Shown here: piece by piece, positions 1 through 10,662 of the stretch
Numbering within the stretch: position 1 is the stretch's first letter
How the letters are laid out: each line of letters opens with the position of its first letter
Origin: Bdellovibrionales bacterium
GTDB taxonomy: Bacteria; Bdellovibrionota; Bdellovibrionia; Bdellovibrionales; JAUICD01
Length of the DNA stretch: 64,000 nt
Direction: 5' to 3'
Assembly (NCBI GenBank): GCA_965197425.1
Contig: CBDANC010000013.1
Coordinates: 96,001-160,000, forward strand
Translations under genes and position numbers: made by a program
Notes under the pieces: model-generated
What the model was told of the DNA's origin: nothing
The model's input: the letters and a program-made list of their open reading frames with translations, nothing else
Databases searched by the model: none

Positions 1-284
1 TAGTTTTTAGCAAGTAGAACTAATCTTGTATTGGGTTTAGTTATTGATCCTGTTTTACCTTTGATATGCCGTCCATCTGGAGCAATATATACATCCATTC
101 CTATTATTGGTTTTACTCCTTTTTCTTTACAAGAATGGTACCAATCAACTACTCCAAACATGTTGCCATTGTCTGTTATTGCACAAGCTGGCATTTTATA
201 TTTTACACAAAGGTTAATTAGGTCCGGGATCCTACAGCTGCTCTCCAAGAGAGAATAATGAGTATGTGTATGTAAGTGTACCAC
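1..284 (-). CDS. dnaE: DNA polymerase III alpha subunit, 5' part (PHP domain), runs off window start
   Basis: Not in ORF track; manual translation from GTG at 284 gives VVHLHTHTHYSLLESSCRIPDLI...PACAITDNGNMFG...KGVKPIIGMDVYIAP, the DnaE N-terminal signature; directly downstream of guaA. Confidence 0.93.
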   Translation of the reverse strand, partial: MVHLHTHTHYSLLESSCRIPDLINLCVKYKMPACAITDNGNMFGVVDWYHSCKEKGVKPIIGMDVYIAPDGRHIKGKTGSITKPNTRLVLLAKN

Positions 285-290
285 AGTTGC

Positions 291-1802
291 CTACTCCCAT
301 TCTATTGTGCTAGGGGGTTTAGAAGTAATATCATACAAAACCCTATTTATACCAGATACATTATTTGTAATTAAATTAGAAACTTTTTTTAAAAATTTAT
401 GGTCAAATTCAAACCAATCAACTGTCATTCCATCAGTAGATACAACCGCTCTTAGGCTAAGGGCATATCTATATGTCCTTTCATCACCTTGGACTCCTAC
501 TGTCTTGATGGGGATTAAAACACAGAATGCTTGCCATATTTTGTTATACAATCCTTGATCTTTTAGAGTTTTTGTAAATATGCTGTCGGCTTCTCTTAAG
601 ATTTCTAACTTTTCTAAAGTTACTTCTCCTGGAATCCTTATGGCAAGGCCTGGGCCTGGAAATGGGTGTCTTCCCAAAACTGATTCTGGAATACCAAGTT
701 CTCTTCCTAAAGCACGCACTTCATCTTTAAACAAAGATTTTAAAGGTTCTATTAGTTTAAGGTCTAAATTTTTAGGTAAGCCTCCAACATTATGATGACT
801 TTTAATTCGCGTACTTTCTATTACATCAGGATAAACCGTCCCTTGGGATAGCCATTTAAAATTTTTCCCTTTTATAAAATTTTTGAACACATCTATAAAT
901 GTAGACCCTATAACTTTTCTTTTTTGCTCAGGGTCTGTTATACCCTTTAGGGCTTTCATAAACTTATCTTTTGCATCTATTAAATTTATATCTATGTTCA
1001 GGCTTTTATAAATATCCAAAACCTCTTCTACCTCGGAATCTCTTAATAGCCCGTTATCTACAAATGCAAAAGTAGCTGACAGGCCTATTTTCTTTAGCAC
1101 TAAGGCTGCTACTGTGGAATCTACACCACCACTTACAGCACATAGTATTTTTTCATTTGGCTTAATAGCTTGTATGATTTCACTTTGAATTTTTTGTGCT
1201 ATTTTATTTTTGGAAAATTCTATTTTTGCTGTTTGCAAAAAATGTTTTAGTACCTCTGTACCATATTCTGTGTGGGTAACTTCTGGATGAAATTGTAGAG
1301 CCATTATTTTGTTGTTTGCAATTCCTGCAGCAACTCCACAATCACTTTTAGCTAAAATTTGAAATCCATCTGGTACTTTTGTCACGCTATCTTGGTGACT
1401 CATCCAAACAATATGTTCTTTTGGAATATTTTTAAGTTTAGTGTTCCAGGTAATTTTTTTTTGTCCAAATTCTGAGTCAATATCAGAACACACTTCTCCT
1501 CCAAACTCATTTACTATTAATTGCATTCCATAGCAAATACCAAGTACATAAGTTTTTTCACACAAGTTTTTTAAAGATATGGAAGTATTTGCCGCTAATC
1601 CAGGACCGCCGCTTAAGATAACCGCTTGGGGATTTAGCTTATCTAGTTCTTTTGATAAACTGGCAACGCCAGCGGTACTGGCAACGCCAGCGGTACTGGC
1701 AACGCCAGTGGTACTGGTAACTTCAAAACTCACACCAAGTTCTCTAAGTCTTCTTTCTATGAGTTTTGTGTACTGTGAACCAAAATCCAAAACCACAACC
1801 AA
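291..1802 (-). CDS. guaA: GMP synthase (glutamine-hydrolysing)
   Basis: LDFGSQYT, LGICYGMQ, QFHPEV, SGGVDS, IKSHHNVGGLP, KPPSTIEWE motifs. Confidence 0.98.
   Translation of the reverse strand: MVVVLDFGSQYTKLIERRLRELGVSFEVTSTTGVASTAGVASTAGVASLSKELDKLNPQAVILSGGPGLAANTSISLKNLCEKTYVLGICYGMQLIVNEFGGEVCSDIDSEFGQKKITWNTKLKNIPKEHIVWMSHQDSVTKVPDGFQILAKSDCGVAAGIANNKIMALQFHPEVTHTEYGTEVLKHFLQTAKIEFSKNKIAQKIQSEIIQAIKPNEKILCAVSGGVDSTVAALVLKKIGLSATFAFVDNGLLRDSEVEEVLDIYKSLNIDINLIDAKDKFMKALKGITDPEQKRKVIGSTFIDVFKNFIKGKNFKWLSQGTVYPDVIESTRIKSHHNVGGLPKNLDLKLIEPLKSLFKDEVRALGRELGIPESVLGRHPFPGPGLAIRIPGEVTLEKLEILREADSIFTKTLKDQGLYNKIWQAFCVLIPIKTVGVQGDERTYRYALSLRAVVSTDGMTVDWFEFDHKFLKKVSNLITNNVSGINRVLYDITSKPPSTIEWE
1669..1721. 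repeat. In-frame 18-bp tandem repeat (about 3 copies) inside guaA
   Basis: ACTGGCAACGCCAGCGGT x3 encoding STAGVA repeats. Confidence 0.95.
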
Positions 1803-1815
1803 AAAAACCTCCCTT

Positions 1816-3339
1816 CTAAGTTCTCAGTCTGTAGTTTGGAGCTTCTTTGGTTATCATTACATCGTGTACATGAGATTCTACTAAGCCTGGAGGACTTATC
1901 TTTACGAACTGAGCCTTCTTTTGTAGTTCTTCGATTGTACTTGCACCCAGATAACCCATACCAGACTTTAAGCCTCCCACTAACTGATAAATTACACTGC
2001 TAGCAGAGCCTCTGTAAGGGACCTGACTTTCGATACCTTCTGGTATTAAATCTCTTGTATCTTTGGAGTCTTGGTTGTAGCGATTACCACCTCCAACTTT
2101 CATAGCACCCACACTACCCATGCCACGATATATTTTGTATGTTCTGCCTTGATATAAAACTGTTTCTCCCAGTGCTTCATCAGTACCCGCTAGCAAACTA
2201 CCGATCATTACTACACTAGCTCCAAGAGCAAGGGCTTTGGTTATATCGCCAGAATACTTAATTCCACCGTCAGCAATGATAGAAACCCTGTGTTTTTTAG
2301 CTAACCTAGCACAGTCATTTACAGCAGATATTTGAGGAACTCCCACTCCTGCTACAACTCTGGTAGTACAAACACTTCCAGGGCCTACCCCAACTTTTAT
2401 AACATCAGCTCCTGCTTCTATTAGAGTTTTTGTGGCCTCTTCAGTTACAACATTGCCTGCAACAATGATCACATTTTTACTTTTACCTTTTATATATTTG
2501 ATCATTTTGATCACATTTTTGGAATGCCCATGTGCAGTATCAATAACTAATATGTCACTACCTATCGAAATAAGTTCATCAACTCTGTCATAAGACTCAG
2601 AGTCGGTACCAACTGCAGCAGCAGACAATAGTCGTCCATGAGAGTCCTTAGAAGAGTGAGGATATTTTCTGGCTTTTTCAATGTCCTTTACAGTGATAAG
2701 TCCTTTTAATTCTCCCTTATTATCTACTACAGGAAGTTTTTCTATTCTGTATTTTCTAAGTTCTGCTTCTGCTTCAAAAAGAGTAGTACCTAATTTTGCT
2801 GTTATTAAACCTTCCTTAGTCATTACATTTGAGATAGGTTGGTTTATATCTGTCTCGAATCTCAAATCTCTGTTAGTGAGTATACCAACCAATTTTCTTT
2901 TTACGGTTATTGGAACACCACTTATTTTATATTCTTTCATTAAGTCTAAGGCTTCTGAAACTGGAGCATCAGGAGGTAAGGTTAAAGGATCTTGTATCAT
3001 ACCACTTTCATATTTTTTTACCTTAGAAACTTCTGCGGCCTGATCTATCACATTTAGGTTTTTGTGGATAACTCCAAAACCACCATTTTGAGCCATTACA
3101 ATTGCAATTTTATGATCAGTCACAGTATCCATAGCAGAAGATATTATGGGAACATTTAAACTTATATCCTTTGCAAAATGCACTTTGGTAGTAGCCTGCG
3201 AAGGAAGTACATCGGAGTATTGAGGTACTAATAAGATATCATCAAATGTTAGGGTGTTTTTTAAAGTATCCAATTTCTTGTTGCTATCTTTTTTTGTGTA
3301 TAGAGTCAAGTTTTGTATTTTTCGTTGCACACTTGTCAT
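1816..3339 (-). CDS. guaB: IMP dehydrogenase with CBS pair
   Basis: [41 protein letters not shown]. Confidence 0.98.
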   Translation of the reverse strand: MTSVQRKIQNLTLYTKKDSNKKLDTLKNTLTFDDILLVPQYSDVLPSQATTKVHFAKDISLNVPIISSAMDTVTDHKIAIVMAQNGGFGVIHKNLNVIDQAAEVSKVKKYESGMIQDPLTLPPDAPVSEALDLMKEYKISGVPITVKRKLVGILTNRDLRFETDINQPISNVMTKEGLITAKLGTTLFEAEAELRKYRIEKLPVVDNKGELKGLITVKDIEKARKYPHSSKDSHGRLLSAAAVGTDSESYDRVDELISIGSDILVIDTAHGHSKNVIKMIKYIKGKSKNVIIVAGNVVTEEATKTLIEAGADVIKVGVGPGSVCTTRVVAGVGVPQISAVNDCARLAKKHRVSIIADGGIKYSGDITKALALGASVVMIGSLLAGTDEALGETVLYQGRTYKIYRGMGSVGAMKVGGGNRYNQDSKDTRDLIPEGIESQVPYRGSASSVIYQLVGGLKSGMGYLGASTIEELQKKAQFVKISPPGLVESHVHDVMITKEAPNYRLRT

Positions 3340-3417
3340 GCTACAGGTTTAAGCCGCCCTGACACCCTTAAATTATCTGGCTTAAGCCCGGCATTACACC
3401 AGAAAGCACTTTTTAGG

Positions 3418-4056
3418 TTATGGAAAGGAAAGGATATTGTTGATATATCTCAAAAGGCCCTTTAGCCCCGTTTCTTTTTGACAATCTGGAAAGGGAAAAA
3501 TGTTTTTTTCTCTTTTTTTGAAAATTTCAGATTTTTTATCAACCGGTTCTTCTTCCCCCATTTTGGGCTCATTATCAAATGTCCATCTTCTCTTTGAAAC
3601 TTTTCTGGGTGAAAAGTCATAGAAATATGTAAGAGTAAGGCTTGGTGAATTCAGGTCAAATACTAGTTCCTCAACGACTGGGAATATACGGTGATATACA
3701 TCTATAAATTCATACTTTCCATCGTACATATCGTACCAAACTTCTTTTTCATCTTTAACAATTTCTCCTGATGGTAACCCTATTGACCTCCCGGCTCTGT
3801 CTTGGATATAACGAAGAGTAATTTTATCTTCGTTTTTCTTTAGATTATACGAGCCACCTGGCATGTTTTCTGTCAACGAATCATGATGATTTTTTGACCA
3901 TGTGCTCCAAGCAAAACTCATGTGATCAACAACAACTTTCCCACCATCATGGCCAAAACTTATATGATTAGTTTTTTCCTCATTTGCACAAAGATACCAC
4001 GCAGCCCTCGCATCAAATGCAAAAAGAAGAATCAATAGTGATAACCTAAAATTCAT
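3418..4056 (-). CDS. Hypothetical exported protein
   Basis: 212 aa ORF, signal peptide ending ARA, GG-rich RBS upstream. Confidence 0.75.
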   Translation of the reverse strand: MNFRLSLLILLFAFDARAAWYLCANEEKTNHISFGHDGGKVVVDHMSFAWSTWSKNHHDSLTENMPGGSYNLKKNEDKITLRYIQDRAGRSIGLPSGEIVKDEKEVWYDMYDGKYEFIDVYHRIFPVVEELVFDLNSPSLTLTYFYDFSPRKVSKRRWTFDNEPKMGEEEPVDKKSEIFKKREKNIFPFPDCQKETGLKGLLRYINNILSFP

Positions 4057-4082
4057 GCCCCCTACCCTTATAACTATTCCTA

Positions 4083-4598
4083 CTATATCTCTTTTCTATA
4101 TCTCTCTATTTTGTTCTGTTTGTACCATGAAGAGTACATTATATAGTTGTCTTTTGATTTATCTAGAAAATCTAACTCCTTTTTATTTAGATCTCTTACC
4201 ACTTTAGCAGGGCGTCCCAGTATCAAAACCCCTTCATCAAATTGACTTCCCCCAGTAACTAAGCTCCCAGCCCCTACAATAGAGTTTTTATTTATAACAA
4301 CATTGTCCATCAAAATACTTCCCATGCCAATTAAGCATGTGTCCTTAACTTCACAGCCATGTAGTATAACTGAGTGACCTATGGTTATATTGTTACCTAA
4401 GATTACACCACATTTTTGATATGTGCCATGTAACACACAGTTGTCTTGAATATTTGTTTTATTTCCGATCACTATAGGAAATACATCGCCCCTTAAAACT
4501 GCTCCAAACCAAACAGAAGACTGACTTCCAATTGTTACATCTCCTACTATGGTAGCTGTGTTGGCAATGAAAGCATTTTTCGCTATATTAGCTTGCAA
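4083..4598 (-). CDS. Gamma carbonic anhydrase family (YrdA/PaaY-like) hexapeptide repeat protein
   Basis: SSVWFGAVLRGD, TNIQDNCVLH, TIGHSVILHGC. Confidence 0.95.
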   Translation of the reverse strand: MQANIAKNAFIANTATIVGDVTIGSQSSVWFGAVLRGDVFPIVIGNKTNIQDNCVLHGTYQKCGVILGNNITIGHSVILHGCEVKDTCLIGMGSILMDNVVINKNSIVGAGSLVTGGSQFDEGVLILGRPAKVVRDLNKKELDFLDKSKDNYIMYSSWYKQNKIERYRKEI

Positions 4599-5937
4599 TC
4601 AAAGCTCCTTTACAATTATGTGAATGAGACTTTTCAATTTTTACGCTCACAGTTTGGCCTGTTAGACTTTTATCACTTTGAAAGTGTACAAGTTTATTTT
4701 TGGTAGTTCTACCAAAATAATTGCCTTTCTTATCTACACCCTCTACTAAGACATCTTCTGTTTTATCTAGATGGTTTAGAGCAAGCTTTTCTGCAATTTT
4801 ATCATGTTTTTCAAAAAGCTTTGAGAGTCTTTCTGATTTTTGAGCCTCTGTTAATTGATCTTCATATTTTAAAGCTTTAGTAAATGGTCTTGGGCTATAC
4901 TTGAACGCAAACAGTGTTTCATAGGGGACCTCGTCTAACAAACTCAAAGTATCTTCAAACTGTTTTTCTGTCTCCCCAGGAAATCCAACAATTATGTCAG
5001 TGGACAAAGATGCTTCAGGAAGCTTTTCTAAGATCATATCCACCTTTTTTATATAGTCCTCCCTACTATAACCTCTGTTCATTCTGTCTAAAATTTTTGA
5101 ATTTCCAGATTGTACAGGTAGGTGTATATAATCACAAACTCTAGGTCTATATTTAGCCATTACTTCTACCAAATCTATGTCAAAATCTTTTGGGTGACTG
5201 GTTGTATACCTAATTCTCTCAATGTTAGTTTTTTCGCACACCAATTCCAAAAGTTTAGAAAAGTTTATACCATTTGTAGATAGATAAGAGTTTACATTTT
5301 GTCCTAGTAGAGTAACCTCTTTAACTCCTCTTTTGTTTAAAGAGTTTATATCTTCCACAATTTCCATTTCACTTCTGCTTCTAAGTCTTCCTCTCGTAAA
5401 TGGCACAACACAAAATGTGCAGAAATTGTCACACCCTTTAGTAATGTTCACAAATGCACCGACCCCTGGATTTCTTATAAGGGTAGATGTGCTATAAACT
5501 TCTCTATTATGAAGTTTTGCCTTCGATACTCTTGATTTTTTAGCATCATTTATGATCTGTGGTAGTTCATCAATGTTATCAGGTCCAAAAACAAAGTCTA
5601 ATAGAGAAATATCCTTTAAAAGTTTGGCTTTTTCTTGCTGACCAACACAGCCCCCAACACCAATCAAAAGGTTAGAGTTGGACTTTAAATCTTTGTACCT
5701 ACCAATTTCGCTATGAATTTTATGAACAGGTTTTTCTCTAACACTACAAGAATTTAGTATAATTAAGCTAGCAAACTTAGGGGCTACTACAGGTACATAA
5801 TTTTCCATCTCTAAGATAGAGTACATCCTTTCGGTATCAGCCACATTCATCTGACAACCATAAGTGGAGATATACACACCTTTGGGATCAACTAAAACAT
5901 CTTTACCTGTTTTCGAAATACCATATCCTTCTAACAT
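4588..5937 (-). CDS. miaB: tRNA methylthiotransferase MiaB
   Basis: TYGCQMN, CSVRE, radical SAM CDNFCTFC, RYTTSHP, C-terminal TRAM domain. Confidence 0.97.
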   Translation of the reverse strand: MLEGYGISKTGKDVLVDPKGVYISTYGCQMNVADTERMYSILEMENYVPVVAPKFASLIILNSCSVREKPVHKIHSEIGRYKDLKSNSNLLIGVGGCVGQQEKAKLLKDISLLDFVFGPDNIDELPQIINDAKKSRVSKAKLHNREVYSTSTLIRNPGVGAFVNITKGCDNFCTFCVVPFTRGRLRSRSEMEIVEDINSLNKRGVKEVTLLGQNVNSYLSTNGINFSKLLELVCEKTNIERIRYTTSHPKDFDIDLVEVMAKYRPRVCDYIHLPVQSGNSKILDRMNRGYSREDYIKKVDMILEKLPEASLSTDIIVGFPGETEKQFEDTLSLLDEVPYETLFAFKYSPRPFTKALKYEDQLTEAQKSERLSKLFEKHDKIAEKLALNHLDKTEDVLVEGVDKKGNYFGRTTKNKLVHFQSDKSLTGQTVSVKIEKSHSHNCKGALIAS

Positions 5938-6130
5938 AACAAAGACTTAACACCACAACTAAATATTATCAACCCAACACTGACTAAAACTCGCTTTATT
6001 GGCCTAGTCAGGCTCAACTTCAACAACAACCTCAGCCGCGGAGTTCACTAAACAGAGCTATTCTGCAAGCTTTTTGCTCCGTAGAAAGATCCTGCGAATC
6101 TTCGTGGGCAAATATCTTTAAAGATTTGCA

Positions 6131-6163
6131 TTGCAGATTTAACATAAAATGTTAAATCTGCAA
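6131..6163. repeat. Perfect 15-bp inverted repeat
   Basis: TTGCAGATTTAACAT-AAA-ATGTTAAATCTGCAA. Confidence 0.9.
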
Positions 6164-6293
6164 GGATAAAACCGGAAATCTTATGTGAGTAAGGTATCTC
6201 TGGCGTCTTTTGTAAATGAAATAAATAAGTGCCTGAAAAAACATCTAAAATAGTTGCCGCAAAGACTACTACGATTGCTAACTAAAGCCTTTA

Positions 6294-6791
6294 CTATTCT
6301 GAGTCTGAAGCAAAAAAATCTGTTATCATGTCAACCGGATAAAAAAGTATCATAAATGTTTCAATAAGAATGTATTTAGAGATAGATCTATTCTTTCTTA
6401 TATACACTCTTTCTACACCATATCTGCCGGTTATAAATGTAAGTGTCCAAGCCCTTCTTTTATTCGAAAGCCTATATGTATAATTTGTATCATGAGTATA
6501 GTACTCCCCAGTGGGTTCTCCTAACTGATCCCTCACTTCCTCCAATTCCTTTCCCATAAACCTCGTGCTTTTAATAATGTCGACAACCATCGAGGCTTGC
6601 TCTGATGGAGTACCCTCTTTGAACTCTTCTGAATTAAAAGGTTTTTGTGGCCAAAGTAAGCTGGCCTGCCATAAAAACAATCTGTTATCAAAACAATAAA
6701 TTAATGAGAGTGATAAACAAAGCACAAAGCCATACAAAACCACAACCTTAACGACCTTTACAATTTTTCTAACTATATAAGCATATTTCAT
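6294..6791 (-). CDS. Hypothetical membrane-anchored protein (SmpA/OmlA-like segment)
   Basis: N-terminal TM helix; FMGKELEEVRDQLGEP resembles the G-x-T-x-x-E-V-x-x-x-L-G-x-P motif. Confidence 0.7.
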   Translation of the reverse strand: MKYAYIVRKIVKVVKVVVLYGFVLCLSLSLIYCFDNRLFLWQASLLWPQKPFNSEEFKEGTPSEQASMVVDIIKSTRFMGKELEEVRDQLGEPTGEYYTHDTNYTYRLSNKRRAWTLTFITGRYGVERVYIRKNRSISKYILIETFMILFYPVDMITDFFASDSE

Positions 6792-6851
6792 TCATTCACC
6801 TAATGTACACAAAGCCTACAGTATAGCAGGATTTTACCTACTATTGAATGA

Positions 6852-6883
6852 CTAGAATTCTAGAATTCTAGAATTCTAGAATT
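6852..6883. repeat. Self-complementary 8-bp tandem repeat x4
   Basis: CTAGAATT repeated four times. Confidence 0.9.
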
Positions 6884-6907
6884 TTCTTTAAGTTAAAAAT
6901 AACAAAA

Positions 6908-8068
6908 TTAATTTTTCAGTACTTGATAGGATTTCGACCAGGGAAGCACTTTAACATGTGTCCTTAACTGAGTTTTGTCCCCACCGTACACAAGAGTTGA
7001 TTTGGCATGTTTGTCTTTTACATATTTTTTAAACCCAATTAAGTTTTTGAAAAAAGCTGGCTGGACTGTTTTTCCTGATTTTATTTCAATTGAATATATT
7101 TTTTGCGCTTTTTCAAAAAGCAAATCAATTTCCAGTCCCTTCTTGTCTCTCCAAAAATAAAAATCTATTCCCAAATATTGATTAAAATTATGTTTTATAA
7201 GTTCACTTAAAATCATAGATTCAAAAATAGAACCTTTATAAAAAGAAAGGGCAAGGTCTTCTTTTTTAATTCGAAGTAGTGAACATAAAAGGCCAGTGTC
7301 GTAAAAATATATCTTAGGTGTTTTAATCAACTTTTTAGAAAAATTTTTATAAAAAGGCTTTAACAAAAACAAAATATAACTTGCCTCAAGGACTGAAATC
7401 CAATTCTTTACCGTCCTTACATCAACCCCAGCAGCACCACTCAGTTCAGAAAAATTAACAAGCTGACCATTTCTAGCTGCACATAATCCCAGAAATTTTT
7501 GGAACTGACTAAGCTCTTTGATGTTGATTAGATATCTCACATCTCTTTCAATATAAGTCTTAATGTACTCCTTGTACCAAATAAATGGCCGCACCTTCCG
7601 GCTATATAGAGGTGGGTAAAAACCACGGAAGATTTGATTGTCTAAATCGCTTAAATCTTCTTTAAGTTCCAATATAGAAAATGGCAAAAGCTCCAAGCAA
7701 CCAACTCGTCCAGCCAGAGATTGTGTTATTTTAGAAAACAATCCAAATTGCTGGGAGCCAGTTAGTATAAACTGACCCATCTTTTCAGGTGACTCATCCA
7801 CGATTGTTTGAATATAAGAAAAAAGTGAGGGGCATCTTTGAGCCTCATCAATTATCAACCCTTTATTGGACTGATTTAAAAAATCGATCGGGTCTTTTTT
7901 TGCATACTCAAGCTGATCTAAAACCTCCAAAGAAACATAAGATTTATTGCTAAACACTTTTTTTGCTAATGTGGTTTTGCCCGACTGCCTAGGCCCCGTG
8001 ACAGACACAACAGGAAAACCCCTAGATAGCTCACGAAGCAAATTTTCCGCTTTTCTTCTTATGTACAT
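6908..8068 (-). CDS. AAA family ATPase with C-terminal DUF4143 (PD-(D/E)XK-like)
   Basis: GPRQSGKTT, IIDEAQ, LTGSQ, SLAGR, PKIYFYDTGL, EIDLL..IEIKS. Confidence 0.95.
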   Translation of the reverse strand: MYIRRKAENLLRELSRGFPVVSVTGPRQSGKTTLAKKVFSNKSYVSLEVLDQLEYAKKDPIDFLNQSNKGLIIDEAQRCPSLFSYIQTIVDESPEKMGQFILTGSQQFGLFSKITQSLAGRVGCLELLPFSILELKEDLSDLDNQIFRGFYPPLYSRKVRPFIWYKEYIKTYIERDVRYLINIKELSQFQKFLGLCAARNGQLVNFSELSGAAGVDVRTVKNWISVLEASYILFLLKPFYKNFSKKLIKTPKIYFYDTGLLCSLLRIKKEDLALSFYKGSIFESMILSELIKHNFNQYLGIDFYFWRDKKGLEIDLLFEKAQKIYSIEIKSGKTVQPAFFKNLIGFKKYVKDKHAKSTLVYGGDKTQLRTHVKVLPWSKSYQVLKN

Positions 8069-8172
8069 GTACTATAAGTGTATCGTAAATGTGGGGCCAA
8101 TTCAACATATATATGCATGATTGGCACCCTAATTTGAACTAATATGCCCCAAAAGAAAGGGTTAAGAAAAGA

Positions 8173-8589
8173 TTAGCGTTTAGAGTATTGGAATCTTTTT
8201 CTAGCCCCTCTGAGGCCATATTTTTTTCGTTCTACCATTCTGGCGTCTCTGGTCAAAAACCCTTGTTTTTTAAAGGATGCCCTCAGTTCTGGGTCTAACT
8301 CTAGCAGTGCTCTGGATAAGCCATGTCTTATAGCACCAGCCTGGCCAGATTCACCTCCACCAGACACTGTGATTTTTAGATCTACTTTGCCCATTAGTTT
8401 TGAGAAAACTAATGGCTCTAACGCCTGATAAACAGATGTTTTTCTTTTGAGATATTCATCCATTGGCTTTTTATTCACGATCACCTGACCAGGGTTTGCT
8501 CTTAAAAATACTCTAGCGGAGCTGGTTTTTCTCCTTCCCGTTGCATAATAGATTTTTTGAGCTTCTTTTACTGGCTTTCTGGTGGTCAT
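8173..8589 (-). CDS. rpsI: 30S ribosomal protein S9
   Basis: ATGRRKTSSARV, GGGESGQAGAIRHG, ERKKYG..QYSKR. Confidence 0.99.
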   Translation of the reverse strand: MTTRKPVKEAQKIYYATGRRKTSSARVFLRANPGQVIVNKKPMDEYLKRKTSVYQALEPLVFSKLMGKVDLKITVSGGGESGQAGAIRHGLSRALLELDPELRASFKKQGFLTRDARMVERKKYGLRGARKRFQYSKR

Positions 8590-8604
8590 GTTATACCTTT
8601 GTTT

Positions 8605-9054
8605 CTAAAATGTTAGTGCTTCTGGTTTTTGTGCTTTATGGGGGTGTTCCCCTTCAGCATATACTTTTAGCTTTCCTATAACCTTTTCATTAAGTTTATT
8701 TTTAGGTAGCATGCCTTTTACTGCCTTATAGATCACTTGCTCTGGCTTTGATTCCAACATTTTTTTTGCAAGCTTTTGCTTAACAGAGCCTATAAATCTA
8801 GAGCTTGTGTAGTAGATTTTTTTATCTTGCTTGTCACCGGTAAGCTTGACCTTACCTGCATTTATTACAACCAAAAAATCGCCGGTGTCTACATGTGGTG
8901 TGTAGGTTGGTTTATCTTTGCCTCTCAAAACATCTGCAATTTTGCAAGCAAGCCTACCCAGTGTTTTGCCACTTGCATCCACTAAAAACCACTTTCTAGC
9001 CTGCACATAATCAGCAGGCTTAGCAGTCCATGTATTGGTATTGGCATTTCTCAT
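8605..9054 (-). CDS. rplM: 50S ribosomal protein L13
   Basis: [31 protein letters not shown]. Confidence 0.99.
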   Translation of the reverse strand: MRNANTNTWTAKPADYVQARKWFLVDASGKTLGRLACKIADVLRGKDKPTYTPHVDTGDFLVVINAGKVKLTGDKQDKKIYYTSSRFIGSVKQKLAKKMLESKPEQVIYKAVKGMLPKNKLNEKVIGKLKVYAEGEHPHKAQKPEALTF

Positions 9055-9088
9055 AACCCAAGATTTCTACCTATTGTTATACCCAATG

Positions 9089-9523
9089 TCAATAATAAAT
9101 GCCCTTTTTGAGTATTAACGAAAAGGCCTTATTCTGAATATCAAACATTATTTTTTCTTTTTCTCCTCCACACTCATGTTCGAAACCTAACAAGTGCAAA
9201 ATTCCATGTAATATCAAAAACACTGTCTCATTCATAAATTTTCCTCTACTTTCAATAACATCTACACAAAGGACAATTTCTCCTAACGAATTTTTATCTA
9301 CACCCTCAAAGCTCAATACATCAGTAGGTCCGTCCTTTCCTCTAAACTTCTTATTAAGCTGGGACATTTCATTTGAGTTATTAAATACCACGGTTAAATT
9401 TTTAAATTGCTCAGGTATTTCAATGGCCAGTTTATCTAAAGCTTCTAATATTAAATTCACATTTTTATAAATTACATCATATGAGATGCTAGATTTGCTC
9501 AAATCAACGACACACACTTCCAT
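9089..9523 (-). CDS. ybeY: rRNA maturation RNase YbeY
   Basis: LNKKFRGKDGPTDVLSF, LGEIVLC, HGILHLLGFEH. Confidence 0.96.
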   Translation of the reverse strand: MEVCVVDLSKSSISYDVIYKNVNLILEALDKLAIEIPEQFKNLTVVFNNSNEMSQLNKKFRGKDGPTDVLSFEGVDKNSLGEIVLCVDVIESRGKFMNETVFLILHGILHLLGFEHECGGEKEKIMFDIQNKAFSLILKKGIYY

Positions 9524-9543
9524 TTGTCTAAGGTACCTCTTGC

Positions 9544-9966
9544 ATGATCTTAGGTGAAGTTATTATGCTAGGCCCTCGAATGCAAAGGCCACCTAAAAAT
9601 TTAAGAAGTTTTGATTCCTTGGTTGAAATTTTTCAAACTCTACAAGGTCCGGATGGATGTCCTTGGGATAGAGCTCAAACCCACAAAAGCATAGTAAAGC
9701 ATATTGAGGAAGAATCAACAGAGTTAGTAGAGGCCATAGAGTCGGGTCAAAAAGACAAAATCATAGAGGAGTTAGGGGATGTACTGTTGCTTGTAATGTT
9801 AAATGCAGCAATAGCCAAAAGGGATGGAACATTTGAAATATTAGATGTAGTGGAGGCATTGGCCAAAAAACTTATTCACAGACACCCACATGTTTTCTCA
9901 GGCCAAAAAATATCAACTGCAAAAGAAGCTTTGGATATTTGGAATAATCAAAAAAAGTCGGAATAA
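9544..9966 (+). CDS. mazG: MazG-family nucleotide pyrophosphohydrolase (single domain; start may be 9565)
   Basis: GCPWDRAQT, EELGDVLL, KLIHRHPHVF. Confidence 0.9.
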   Translation: MILGEVIMLGPRMQRPPKNLRSFDSLVEIFQTLQGPDGCPWDRAQTHKSIVKHIEEESTELVEAIESGQKDKIIEELGDVLLLVMLNAAIAKRDGTFEILDVVEALAKKLIHRHPHVFSGQKISTAKEALDIWNNQKKSE

Positions 9967-9969
9967 TAA

Positions 9970-10587
9970 ATGCTAACCTCTATTGTGAACTCAAAAGCAA
10001 AGGGCGTTAAGCTAATAATAGCGGTTAATGTTCTGATATTTTTTGCCTGGCTTGTAGGTTTTGATTCACTCTTTATGAGAGCACATTTTTTAATAAGTCC
10101 TATGCACCTCAAAGATGGCATGTGGCTAAATCTGTTGAGTGCCGCTTTTTCTCACAATCTATTGTGGCATTTGTTAATAAATATGCTTGTGCTACTTAGT
10201 TTTGGACCTGTTATTGAGTTTATTATGGGAACAAAAAAGTTTTTGTTCTTCTATATGATGACAGCTGTTGTAAGCTCCCTCACTCATTGTGCAGTGTCGT
10301 ATTATTTGTTAGGTGCACCAGATGCTATGGCACTGGGTGCATCTGGGGCAATATCTGGTTTGGTACTCTTATTTTCACTAACCTACCCCAGAGAAAAACT
10401 TTACATACTGGGCATCATACCTGTTCCTGCAATAGTAGGTGCAATAGCTTTTGTGGGCATTGATATGTGGGGGCTTATGTTCCAAATTCAGGGAAGTGGC
10501 CATCTAATAGGACACGGAGCTCATCTGGGTGGAGCTATATTTGGTGCTATGTATTTTGTGGTGCTAAAGTCGCTCAAAAAAGTCTAA
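9970..10587 (+). CDS. Rhomboid family intramembrane serine protease
   Basis: FSH..WHLLINM, GASG catalytic Ser, AHLGG catalytic His. Confidence 0.96.
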   Translation: MLTSIVNSKAKGVKLIIAVNVLIFFAWLVGFDSLFMRAHFLISPMHLKDGMWLNLLSAAFSHNLLWHLLINMLVLLSFGPVIEFIMGTKKFLFFYMMTAVVSSLTHCAVSYYLLGAPDAMALGASGAISGLVLLFSLTYPREKLYILGIIPVPAIVGAIAFVGIDMWGLMFQIQGSGHLIGHGAHLGGAIFGAMYFVVLKSLKKV

Positions 10588-10662
10588 CCCCATATTCTCT
10601 TAAAATCACTTTTGGTTCAAAACTTTCCGACTTTTCTATAAAACAAATAGAATCTCCATATT

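Noticed and set aside
282..293. guaA and dnaE are in the same frame separated by one TAG, suggesting readthrough or recoding
   Set aside because: GuaA ends at its canonical IEWE, dnaE has its own GGGAG RBS and GTG; TAG and TGA act as normal stops elsewhere
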